Shown here: in pieces, positions 23,982-33,365 of the stretch
How positions within the stretch are numbered: the first letter of the stretch is position 1
How the letters are laid out: each line of letters opens with the position of its first letter
Source: Takakia lepidozioides
Taxonomy: Eukaryota; Plantae; Bryophyta
Direction of reading: 5' to 3'
DNA: 64,000 nt
NCBI GenBank assembly: GCA_030704615.1
Contig: CM060731.1
Coordinates: 76,446,001-76,510,000, forward strand
The notes under the pieces: generated by a model
The model's database searches: none
What the model was told of the DNA's origin: nothing
The model's input: the letters and a program-made list of their open reading frames with translations, nothing else
Translations under genes and position numbers: made by a program

Positions 23982-25943
23982 CTATCCCAAGCAGTGTGGA
24001 CACAACCAATCTCCGTCAGGAACCTTCTCAAGAGGTGGTGTCAAGCATCCCATATGCCAACCCCTTGAGCATCGATCACACACCAGCATGGTGGCTGCCC
24101 CTTTGGCAGACCCACAGAGCATGCACCTCAAACCTGCAGGTACCACTGCCAAGTTTGGGTCAACTCTACCATCGACATTGGGAAGGTGACATGGCGCACA
24201 ATTACGCACATGGTCTTTCCAAGTCATGTCATCCCGACCCTCTAAGATCAGGACCCCTGAGGGCAACACCTCTCGAACCCTCAGAATAACACGCCCTGCA
24301 GTAACATCCAGAGTCGTAGGAGCAGTCTGCTGCAAATAAACATAGTCACCAGGGCTAAACCTCCAAACCCCAGGACGATATCCTCCACCACGTATAGTGG
24401 CATACCTCAACGTATCACGGTACTGTGCAATGGCAAGGTTCTCAAAAGCCATGGGCATGACTTTCTTGAACAACTCTGCACGCTGATCACATGCACGTAC
24501 CCACCTGTCCGGATCGTCAAGGTTAAGGACTTGAGCAGTGTCCCTACGAATGGCTGCAGGCAAATCCGGCTCTCGGCCAAAGAGAAGGAAATATGGTGAG
24601 AAGGAGGCAAGTGATGCTTGTTTGCTGAACCTGTAGCCCATGGCTAACCAAGGAACCTGAAGATCCCAATCTCCTAGGTGTCCCTTCTGCAAGCCATACT
24701 TGCGCAAACCCCTCTTCACCGTCTGAACAACTCTCTCTGCTAAGCCATCGGCCTCAGGATGATCCCGAGAAGTGGTGCGGTGGTCTATCAAGGCTTTATT
24801 ACACAAAGCCTGAAACTCCCCCAAGAACTCTCTCCCTTGGTCCGTGAGTACCTCAGCTGGAGCACCAAATCGGCTAAGCACACAATCCAAGAATGCATAC
24901 GCAGCCCCCTCACTAGCCTTGTCAGGCAATGGAACCAACTCAATCCACTTGGAGAAGTGCTCCACCATCACCAACACATATCTGTGGTGGCGCATAGTCA
25001 GTGGCAACGGTCCTGCGAAGTCAAGACTCCACCTGTAGCCCAATCCCATGATAGGTAAAGGATGCAACTGTGGTGTAGGGGCGTTGAATGAAGCACGCAC
25101 CCTGTCACACACCATGCACCTAGCCACAAACTGTTGCACCTCTGTATGCATACCACGCCACCAATACTGCCCCTGCAGTAAACTGTGAGTGCGTCGCACT
25201 CCAAAATGCCCCAACTCCTCATGGGCATGCCGCACTAACCGTGCACGCTGTGTGGGGTGAGGCACAATCCTCACCCGACCATCCTCCCACACTCGAAGTA
25301 GGTGTATCCCCTCCCACTTGAACCTCTTGGCTCGTTGCAGGATCCGATCCCTCTCCCTGGCAGTCACAATGGCTGCCGTGTCTCCCGTGCGGAGGTAGTC
25401 CAACACAGCCGAATCCTCATGTATATCTCTGGCACCACCTAGCTCATCACTAGCCTCAGGGTCCTCAGACACTCCGTCTACAGTCATCCCTGTTGTAGGT
25501 CCAATCTGACCTCCCGATGCCAAGATACACAAAAATGCAGATGCGTGCCATCCCGACACCATCTCCTCGTCCGTCTCACCATGCCACCGAGCTCCAGTGT
25601 CATCCTGCTGGCTCATGCATGGATTGCGACTCAATCCATCCGCATCCCGATTGACCAAACCCGGTCGATGCACAACCTGAAAGTCATACTCCTGGAGTAT
25701 AAGTGCCCACCGTGCAAGCTTCCCTGTAAGCTTGTCTGACTCCATCAACCACTTGAGTGGCTGGTGATCCGTGACAAGGGTGAAAAGATTGCCGTATAGA
25801 TAGCACCTGAAGTGTGCCACGGCCCACACTGCAGCTAAGCACTCTCCCTCATATGAGCTGTACTTAGCCTCTGCAGCGTTGTTCGAGCGGCTAGCGTAAG
25901 CCACTACGAACTCTCTTCCCTCATCATCCACCTGTGTGAGCAC
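23982..25943 (-). CDS. pol: Pol C-terminal part: RNase H, integrase (HHCC, DDE) and C-terminal PHD finger
   Basis: RNase H (VAYASR..YSSYEGECLA..LVTDHQPL..LARWAL.LQEYDF), Zn-binding HAHEELGHFG..CMVC, catalytic WSLDFAG / LTDQGREF / GLAERVV, and PHD CMLC..MLVCDRCSRGWHMGCL.PPL..VPDGDWLCPHC. It joins the RT ORF across a +1 G (C5 run 25953-25957) that is absent from the outer copy. Confidence 0.93.
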   Translation of the reverse strand: MLTQVDDEGREFVVAYASRSNNAAEAKYSSYEGECLAAVWAVAHFRCYLYGNLFTLVTDHQPLKWLMESDKLTGKLARWALILQEYDFQVVHRPGLVNRDADGLSRNPCMSQQDDTGARWHGETDEEMVSGWHASAFLCILASGGQIGPTTGMTVDGVSEDPEASDELGGARDIHEDSAVLDYLRTGDTAAIVTARERDRILQRAKRFKWEGIHLLRVWEDGRVRIVPHPTQRARLVRHAHEELGHFGVRRTHSLLQGQYWWRGMHTEVQQFVARCMVCDRVRASFNAPTPQLHPLPIMGLGYRWSLDFAGPLPLTMRHHRYVLVMVEHFSKWIELVPLPDKASEGAAYAFLDCVLSRFGAPAEVLTDQGREFLGEFQALCNKALIDHRTTSRDHPEADGLAERVVQTVKRGLRKYGLQKGHLGDWDLQVPWLAMGYRFSKQASLASFSPYFLLFGREPDLPAAIRRDTAQVLNLDDPDRWVRACDQRAELFKKVMPMAFENLAIAQYRDTLRYATIRGGGYRPGVWRFSPGDYVYLQQTAPTTLDVTAGRVILRVREVLPSGVLILEGRDDMTWKDHVRNCAPCHLPNVDGRVDPNLAVVPAGLRCMLCGSAKGAATMLVCDRCSRGWHMGCLTPPLEKVPDGDWLCPHCLG

Positions 25944-27117
25944 CGCTCCAAGCCCCCAGCATGCTCCAATCCGTATGCAGCTGAAAGGGACGCCCCCTGA
26001 TAGGTCGTCTCAAGATAGGCGCCGAGGTCAACCTCGCCTTGAGCTCTTGAAAAGCTCGTTCCTGCTCATCTTCCCACTGCCACTCCTGGTCCACCTTGGT
26101 CAGCTTGGTTAGAGCCTTTGCAATGGTACTAAATCCCTTGACAAACCGTCTATAATAGTTTGCCAACCCCATGAAAGCTCGAACTCGGCTCACATCCGTG
26201 GGGCGTGGAATTTGTGCAATGGCCTCTACCTTAGTCTGCTGTACCCCCAATCCTCCAGGATATATCATGTGACCCAGATACTCAATCTGGTTGTGGAAAA
26301 ACTTGCACTTCCCCGGATGCAACTTCAATCCGTGCGCTCTCAAGCGCTCCAATACCACCTGAAGGTGTCTCTCATGCTCCTCCATCGTAACACTAAAGAT
26401 GATGATGTCATCTATGTAGCACCGAGCAAAGTCCACCCCTGCTAGAATCCTATCCATGACTCTCTGAAACTCTGCAGGAGCATTCTTAAGCCCAAATGGT
26501 AAGAACCGCCACTGATATAGGCAATCCTTGCCGTGCTCATTGATCCCCCAGAATGCCGTCTTCTGCTTGTCCGCCTCCTTGATTGGCAACTGGTGATATC
26601 CGGATCGTAAATCCAAAGTGCTAAAGGCCTTAGCATGCCCGATGGCATCAAAGATCTCCTCTGGTGTTGGCATGGCATACTTATCGGACTTGGTCTGACG
26701 ATTTACAGGCCGGTAATCACCGCACATACGTCTCTCCGTCCAATTGCCATAGACATCCTTCTTGGCTGGCATCACTGTGGCTGAAGCATACTCTCCACCA
26801 GAGAGCTCCACCAAACCTGCCTCCCAGAGATCTTGAGTCCTCATCTGAATCAAAGACCTCTCCATGTCACTGTATCTATAGGGTCTCCGAAAGATTGGCG
26901 TGTCAGTGGCCAACTCAATACGGATCTCTTGACCCTTCAGTGCTCCCAAGTCCTTCAAACTGAAGGCAAAGCAATTCCTGTAAGCCCTCAGGAACCGCCG
27001 TATACGTCGTCTCTCTCCTCCGGTGACAATGGGTCCAATGTCAGGCTCCCAATTGTCCTCCGTAACTACAACCTTAAGTCCAGTGGGCTTAGAGGTAGAG
27101 GACGCGTCCCGTGGTTG
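25924..27117 (-). CDS. pol: Reverse transcriptase (Ty3/Gypsy), in frame after the leaky TAG at 27118-27120
   Basis: Motifs RMCGDYRPVN, FSTLDLRSGYHQ, LPFGLKNAPAEFQR, YIDD, YLGH, FMGLANYYRRF. The frame is open for 53 codons from the upstream TAG to the called start at 26958. Confidence 0.93.
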   Translation of the reverse strand, partial: QPRDASSTSKPTGLKVVVTEDNWEPDIGPIVTGGERRRIRRFLRAYRNCFAFSLKDLGALKGQEIRIELATDTPIFRRPYRYSDMERSLIQMRTQDLWEAGLVELSGGEYASATVMPAKKDVYGNWTERRMCGDYRPVNRQTKSDKYAMPTPEEIFDAIGHAKAFSTLDLRSGYHQLPIKEADKQKTAFWGINEHGKDCLYQWRFLPFGLKNAPAEFQRVMDRILAGVDFARCYIDDIIIFSVTMEEHERHLQVVLERLRAHGLKLHPGKCKFFHNQIEYLGHMIYPGGLGVQQTKVEAIAQIPRPTDVSRVRAFMGLANYYRRFVKGFSTIAKALTKLTKVDQEWQWEDEQERAFQELKARLTSAPILRRPIRGRPFQLHTDWSMLGAWSGAHTGG

Positions 27118-29058
27118 CTATGCTGCAACCTCTTGAGCAGTACTCCCTACCTGCTCAGTCAATGACAAGGCATCATCCTGCCCCATCATCTCATCCTTGA
27201 GGACCTCCTCAACTCGAGAAGAATCCCCAACCTCATCCATCACAGCCGCCTTGGCTGCCAACTCCCTCTGAACCTCGAGCACCTCCCACGTGTGCCATGG
27301 ATGCATGCACCCCGTGGTCCTCATATGCTCGCCCCCACTCACTGCCTGTACCGTCTCGGTAGGCAGAGAGACCATTGAGGGAAGTGTATTCCGCACTCTG
27401 CGTTGCTCAGCTAGAGCCAAGCTGATAATCCAGGTCAAGCAATTGAGATCCATTGCTTGCCCCAACACTTGACGACGTGATGCCTCAGAAAGAGACGACA
27501 CCGCCGTGGTACCAGTGGTAAAACCCATTGCCCGCTCACGCTCGTCAGCATTAGGCTCCACTAACTGCTGCAACTGAGCATCCCACAGGAGGCCAGGTCC
27601 ACTATCCCGGAAAGCATGCGATCCTGGGAAGCTGAGCAGTGTAGGTAATGCTGCTCGTGGTTGACCCACCTTGTTGACCACTGCCAAAGGCGAACGGTCA
27701 TCGTGTCTCACACGTTGAGACTGCCTCCCTGTGTCCAGAATGTTATCCACTGTGAGATGTGCTGGCCGCTGCACCCCATCAAATGCACGCTTGAGCAGTG
27801 CGGGTGGCATCATGTTAGTCCACCATAGCCGTGGACGATGAGCCCGTGACCCCACTGTAGCTGCATCTAGCAACACTGCTGACCCAAGCCACGACCGGAC
27901 TTGATGCACACTGGCCATCACCCTGGCCCGAGAATCGCCCATCAGTGGCACATTCTCCAAGATGTATGCTGGAGATACAGCTTGATGAAGCTGCAAGTGG
28001 CGCAAAACCCGCACCATCTCCCAAAACAGACCCGACCTCGAGTCTCGCAATCCATTGCCATGCCCGGCTGATGAATGCCCTTGGCAGGGCCAACCTGCCA
28101 CTACCAGATCAATGGAGCCAACCCGCTCCAAATCCTGCGCCCCCAGCAACGAAATGTCTGCTGGCAAGGCCTGCTGATATCCACGAATTGCAGACACCGA
28201 CAACAACTCAGGGTACCGCTGCACCAACTGAGCAACATGGCGAAGTGAAACGCGTCGTGCAGTCTCATCCCTCTCCACATACAGGTAACGCCGAACTCGT
28301 ACACCTGCCTGTAACACAGCAGCCAATCCGGTGCTGATCCCGCCAAACAAGTCCAGAAGACAAATGCCTTCATCCGGAGACTGCCACACAATAGGTGTGG
28401 TGTCCAATGGAGACAATTGAGGTGGTCCTGGTGCAATCCCCACACTCTCCTCCTCTCCTGACGGTACAAAAGCCTCCACCCAGGCTTGTTGCACCCGTCG
28501 ATCAGCATCCCGCTGCAAATCCTTGCTCGTGCCCCACAATGGAGTCTGAGCAACCATGGTAGGCAACTCCGCCATACCATACATGTCATCCTGCTCTCCC
28601 GGAGGTGGTACATCCTCTGAATGAGCATTGCCCTCAAGCAACTCTCTAGGCCAACTCACTGCCGCTGTGAATGCTGCTAGTGTCGGCATCTTGCCTCGCT
28701 GGGCAACCGCAACTCCTCCTATGAACGTCACAGGGAGCTGCACACGCCGGCCCTCCCCTGACTGCCATGCAGGCCTATAGGAAGCTGACTCCTCCCAAAA
28801 ATCCAGGGTGAAGCCCATGGGGTACAACACTGCCCCACCAACCAGGACATCGTATGAGACTGCGTCTGTCACAATGGCCTTGGCTCGCATCACTGAGCCA
28901 TCTGTAGGGTGATCCGGCCGTAGTCTGATAGCCAACTCATGCCGTGTCATGCCCCGAGCCTGCTCCGATCCTCCCAGAGACGTCTGTATCTGGAAAGGAC
29001 AAGGCTCCATATCCGCCTCCGTGAGGCCCAAGCCTGCAATAGCAGCTCTGCCCAGCAT
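27118..29058 (-). CDS. Aspartic protease C-terminal part fused to a DNMT3-like C5 cytosine DNA methyltransferase (~27410-28370)
   Basis: Protease YDVLVG. MTase motifs in canonical order: I LDLFGGISTG, II YVERD, III ADISLL, IV LVVAGWPCQGHS, VI YILENVP, VIII AHRPRLWWTN, IX ERERAMGF, X RRQVLGQAMD. Confidence 0.92.
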   Translation of the reverse strand: MLGRAAIAGLGLTEADMEPCPFQIQTSLGGSEQARGMTRHELAIRLRPDHPTDGSVMRAKAIVTDAVSYDVLVGGAVLYPMGFTLDFWEESASYRPAWQSGEGRRVQLPVTFIGGVAVAQRGKMPTLAAFTAAVSWPRELLEGNAHSEDVPPPGEQDDMYGMAELPTMVAQTPLWGTSKDLQRDADRRVQQAWVEAFVPSGEEESVGIAPGPPQLSPLDTTPIVWQSPDEGICLLDLFGGISTGLAAVLQAGVRVRRYLYVERDETARRVSLRHVAQLVQRYPELLSVSAIRGYQQALPADISLLGAQDLERVGSIDLVVAGWPCQGHSSAGHGNGLRDSRSGLFWEMVRVLRHLQLHQAVSPAYILENVPLMGDSRARVMASVHQVRSWLGSAVLLDAATVGSRAHRPRLWWTNMMPPALLKRAFDGVQRPAHLTVDNILDTGRQSQRVRHDDRSPLAVVNKVGQPRAALPTLLSFPGSHAFRDSGPGLLWDAQLQQLVEPNADERERAMGFTTGTTAVSSLSEASRRQVLGQAMDLNCLTWIISLALAEQRRVRNTLPSMVSLPTETVQAVSGGEHMRTTGCMHPWHTWEVLEVQRELAAKAAVMDEVGDSSRVEEVLKDEMMGQDDALSLTEQVGSTAQEVAA

Positions 29059-31286
29059 CAGTGGGCTCCCGAGTCCAACAAGACTCGCAGTGGCCGGTAC
29101 CTCTTGCCTGCCGGTCCACTCAAACAGAAAATGCCATCCTGGTTGTCTAACATGACAACTCCAGGTGTCACCATGGCGCGCTCAATGGCTGGCCTAGCTG
29201 GCAGCTCCATCAACCTGGCAGCTGCAGCTTGCCATGGCGCCGCCGTGGCAGTCTTGACCCTCAAATCCGAGGATCCCTCCGGCACTACACCTCCCACTAT
29301 CTCCGCAGAAGATGAAGTAACCTCCCCACTCTCACAGAGTGTAGCTGCCAGCCTGAACACCTCAGCTGGTCTTACCCCCGGCGTCGCAATCATGGTAGCC
29401 GAGAACAATGGAGCCTGGCACACAGATGTGGCCGCTCCTAGCAGCACACTAGCTGCCGTAGCCTTGGCAACACTAGGTAGTGGTGCTACCCGTGTAGCTC
29501 TTCCCAATGGCATAGTGACCTCCGCCTCGGTAACAGTCGGGCGAGAACTAGGTGCCATGGATGGCGTCGACACTGTCTCCGCCAATGTGAATGACTGAGG
29601 AAGCCTAGCCTGACGGCTTGCCTCCCCACGCTGTGGATCCAACTCCACCTCTGCACCTCGTGGCTCAGGAACTCGTGCTGCTCCTCGAGTCACGGCTGCA
29701 GCAGACTCCACCTGCACTAGTGGTAGTGCTGCTCCACACATGAATCCCATGCCTCCCATATCTCCTCCCTCAGGAGCAGGAGGTGGACCATCCGGCCTTA
29801 GAGCCGGTACCACCTGAGCTGTAGCCATGGCAGCGAGCCTCTGCTCTAGCTGCTGAAGCCGGTTGGCCATGCCTTGGTCAACACCCTGACCTCCGCGTCC
29901 TTGGCCACGTTGAGCTTGCCCTTGGCCTGCACCTCGTGGCTGGCCACCTCGTCCTCTCTGGGCTGCTCCACCTCGCCCCCGGCCACCATTGTTCCCTTGG
30001 AACTGGCCTGGGCGCAACTCAGGATGCAAACTATAACACTGGGCCTCTCGATGCCCGTGCTTGCCACAATGCCCACACTGCAACTGTGCAGGCTGTGCAT
30101 GTGCCGACCCTTTGCCTCCCTCTGGGCAATCCTTCTTGACATGGGGTCCTCCACATGTCCAGCACACCACATCCGCCCGTTGTTGGCCAGCAAATGAAGG
30201 GAGAGACCCCTGCATTTGAGGTCCTCTCTGCCCTTCCCTGAGCTTCACTTGAGCCCCCTTGTTGCCTTGAGCACGTTGAGGTAGTGGTTGGCTAGGAGCA
30301 CCACTACCCCGTGGTGTCTCCTTAGCAAATCCCACCATGACCACTCGTTCCTCCACCATGTTGAGCTCTATCCGCTCTGCCAGCAAAAACACATTTGCTA
30401 AGGTGGGTTGGGCCGCTTGTAGGAGAGTTGCATCCCGCACCCTTCTCCTCAGCTCCTTGTCCAATATCCCATACCAGAATTGGACTGCCTGAGCTTCCGT
30501 AACCCCTTGGGTTACATTTATCAAGCGCCTCATGCGAGTGAAAGCCTCCCTCAAGCTCTCGGTCGGCTTCCGTTGGAACTCTTGCAAGCTCCGCAACTTC
30601 TCTGTCCTCACCCCTTGGTAGTTCCCTCTCAACTCTTCGAAGAACTCCACAACAGGGTTGAAGGCAGGCACGGGTGCTAGTGCTGGTGCGGTAGTGGCTT
30701 GGGTGGACGTCGTAGCTACTGTACCACCAGTCCCACTGCTGCTTGCTGAAGCTGCCGGTGCAGCGGCAGGTGTAGCCACTGCCCTCGTGGCTCTAGTGCC
30801 CCTAGTGATGGAGACATAGTCGGGTGACCAGTACATCCTCCACTCCTCGATCTCAACCTCATGCCCCCGCCTGAACTCATGGTAATCATCCATAGGCGGC
30901 CCCTCAAGGTGCTGAAACAGCCCTTTCCATGCCATGAACGGCGTAAATAGTTGTGGATTGCGCATTTGCTGCAAATCACACCAACTATCAAACTCTTGGA
31001 TAAAATCATCCAACTCAATGGTGCCCACCGCCCCAGAGTACCTTCGTGGCCCCTTGGTAGCTCCATACATCTCCTCCATTGTGTCCCACAATAATGGCAA
31101 AGAAACAACTTGCACCGCCGGTATGAGCCCTCCTGATTCACAATCCGAATCAGAACCTTCCGTGGAAGACACAGGAGGTGAAGGTGGCCTAAACCGCACA
31201 CCTCGTCTCGTGTACCCACTAGTATCGCTAGTGCTCGAACCGGCACTGTCCCCAGCAACTAGTGGCACCTCCGTGTTGACACTCAA
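29058..31286 (-). CDS. gag: Gag (capsid, two zinc knuckles, RGG-rich region) running into the protease active site DSG
   Basis: Capsid-like region, knuckles CWTCGGPHVKKDC and CGHCGKHGHREAQC, RGG repeats, and VLLDSGA. A 4-nt loss right after DSGA relative to the outer copy splits it from the next ORF. The first in-frame ATG is MEEMYG at ~31079. Confidence 0.9.
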   Translation of the reverse strand: MSVNTEVPLVAGDSAGSSTSDTSGYTRRGVRFRPPSPPVSSTEGSDSDCESGGLIPAVQVVSLPLLWDTMEEMYGATKGPRRYSGAVGTIELDDFIQEFDSWCDLQQMRNPQLFTPFMAWKGLFQHLEGPPMDDYHEFRRGHEVEIEEWRMYWSPDYVSITRGTRATRAVATPAAAPAASASSSGTGGTVATTSTQATTAPALAPVPAFNPVVEFFEELRGNYQGVRTEKLRSLQEFQRKPTESLREAFTRMRRLINVTQGVTEAQAVQFWYGILDKELRRRVRDATLLQAAQPTLANVFLLAERIELNMVEERVVMVGFAKETPRGSGAPSQPLPQRAQGNKGAQVKLREGQRGPQMQGSLPSFAGQQRADVVCWTCGGPHVKKDCPEGGKGSAHAQPAQLQCGHCGKHGHREAQCYSLHPELRPGQFQGNNGGRGRGGAAQRGRGGQPRGAGQGQAQRGQGRGGQGVDQGMANRLQQLEQRLAAMATAQVVPALRPDGPPPAPEGGDMGGMGFMCGAALPLVQVESAAAVTRGAARVPEPRGAEVELDPQRGEASRQARLPQSFTLAETVSTPSMAPSSRPTVTEAEVTMPLGRATRVAPLPSVAKATAASVLLGAATSVCQAPLFSATMIATPGVRPAEVFRLAATLCESGEVTSSSAEIVGGVVPEGSSDLRVKTATAAPWQAAAARLMELPARPAIERAMVTPGVVMLDNQDGIFCLSGPAGKRYRPLRVLLDSGAH

Positions 31287-31509
31287 CCGGTCATGAACAT
31301 GTCCCTAACCCCCTCTCCACAAGGTAACCGGGTAGAGAACCTGTTGCGGATTATGGTTTGGAATACTAAGTTCCTAACATAGCCTACACCTGAACTTGCA
31401 TGACCATGGGAATATCATGAAGATACTCCTCAAACCGCCCTCCACGAGCTTCAAAATTCGGCCTTCCAGACCACATGCCAGTCCTTAGTCCACCAGTGCC
31501 TCCACGAGT

Positions 31510-33365
31510 CAGCACAGGCCCACACAGCTCACTGGTCACAGCCGTCACAGTCCCACAGGCCACTGGGCACAGCCTGTCACAGCCCCTCACAGCTCGTCAC
31601 AGCCTCAAAAGCCTCAGGCACAGCTAGTCACAGCCCGTCACAGCCCGTCACAGCCCCAAAGGCCTCAGGCGCGGCCTGTCACAGCCCCTCACAGCCCGTC
31701 ACAGCCCCAAAGGCCACGGGCACGGCCTGTCACAGCCCCTCACAGCCCGTCACAGCCTCAAAGGCCTCAGGCACGGCCTGTCACAGCCCATCACAGCCCC
31801 AAAGGCCTCAGGCACGGCCTGTCACAGCCCCTCACAGCCCGTCACAGCCCCAAAGGCCTCAGGCGCGGCCTGTCACAGCCCCTCACAGCCCGTCACAGCC
31901 CCAAAGGCCATGGGCACGGCCTGTCACAGCCCCTCACAGCCCGTCACAGCCTCAAAGGCCTCAGGCACGGCCTGTCACAGCCCCTCACAGCCCGTCACAG
32001 CCCCAAAGGCCATGGGCACGGCCTGTCACAGCCCCGCACAGCCCGTCACAGCCCGTCACAGCCTCAAAGGCCTCAGGCACGGCCTGTCACAGCCCCTCTC
32101 AGCCCATCACAGCCCCAAAGGCCTCAGGCACGGCCTGTCACAGCCCCTCACAGCCCGTCACAGCCCCAAAGGCCTCAGGCACGGCCTGTCACAGCCCCTC
32201 TCAGCCCGTCACAGCCCCAAAGGCCTCGGGCACGGCCTGTCACAGCCCCTCACAGCCCGTCACAGCCCCAAAGGCCATGGGCACGGCCTGTCACAGCCCC
32301 TCACAGCCCGTCACAGCCGCAAAGGCCTCAGGCACGGCCTGTCACAGCCCCTCACAGCCCATCACAGCCCCAAAGGCCATGGGCACAACCTGTCACAGCC
32401 CGTCACAGCCCCACAGGCCTCAGGGCACAGCCTGTCACAGCCCCAAAGGCCACTGGGCACAGCCTGTCACAGCCTGACACAGCCCGTCACAGCCCCACAG
32501 GGCATAGGGCACAGCCTGTCACAGCCCATCACAGCCCATCACAGCCTCAAAGGCCTCAGGCACGGCCTGTCACAGCCCCTCACAGCCCATCACAGCCCCA
32601 AAGGCCATGGGCACAGCCTGTCACAGCCCGTCACAGCCCCACAGGCCTCAGGGCACAGCCTGTCACAGCCCCGCACAGCCCGTCACAGCCCCAAAAGGCC
32701 ACTGGGCACAGCCTGTCACAGCCTGACACAGCCCGTCACAGCCCCACAGGGCATGGGCACAGCCTATCACAGCCTGTCACAGCCCATCACAGCTTGCCAC
32801 AGCCTGTCACAGCCCGTCACAGCCCGTCACAGCCGCAAAGGCCTCAGGCACGGCCTGTCACAGCCCCTCACAGCCCATCACAGCCCCAAAGGCCATGGGC
32901 ACAGCCTGTCACAGCCCGTCACAGCCCCACAGGCCTCAGGGCACAGCCTGTCACAGCCCCGCACAGCCCGTCACAGCCCCAAAGGCCACTGGGCACAGCC
33001 TGTCACAGCCTGACACAGCCCGTCACAGCCCCACAGGGCACAGGGCACAGCCTATCACAGCCCATCACAGCCCATCACAGCCTCAAAGGCCTCAGGCACG
33101 GCCTGTCACAGCCCTCACAGCCCATCACAGCCCCAAAGGCCATGGGCACAGCCCGTCACAGCCCCACAGGCCTCAGGGCACAGCCTGTCACAGCCCCGCA
33201 CAGCCCGTCACAGCCCTAAAAGGCCACTGGGCACAGCCTGTCACAGCCTGACACAGCCCGTCACAGCCCCACAGGGCACAGGGCACAGCCTGTCACAGCC
33301 CATCACAGCCTGTCACAGCTTGCCACAGCCCGTCACAGCTTGCCACAGCCTGTCACAGCCCCACA
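31510..33365. repeat. ~1.85-kb tandem array of 10-11-bp TCACAGCC-core units in the inner element leader
   Basis: Units such as TGTCACAGCCC, CGTCACAGCC and CTCACAGCC with spacers AAAGGCCTCAGGCACGGCC, in a ~42-bp higher-order period. Confidence 0.97.

Noticed and set aside
25953-25957. Programmed frameshift between RT and RNase H
   Set aside because: The outer copy has one G fewer and reads through in frame, so this is a private indel or homopolymer error.
27410-28370. Bacterial restriction-modification methylase or contamination
   Set aside because: It is fused in frame within a Gypsy polyprotein in two independent copies, and is embedded among intron-containing plant genes.
31910-33251. 367-aa and other repetitive ORFs (SQP/TACHS repeats) on the plus strand
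   Set aside because: These are translations of the TCACAGCC tandem array, antisense to the element, with no protein-like complexity.
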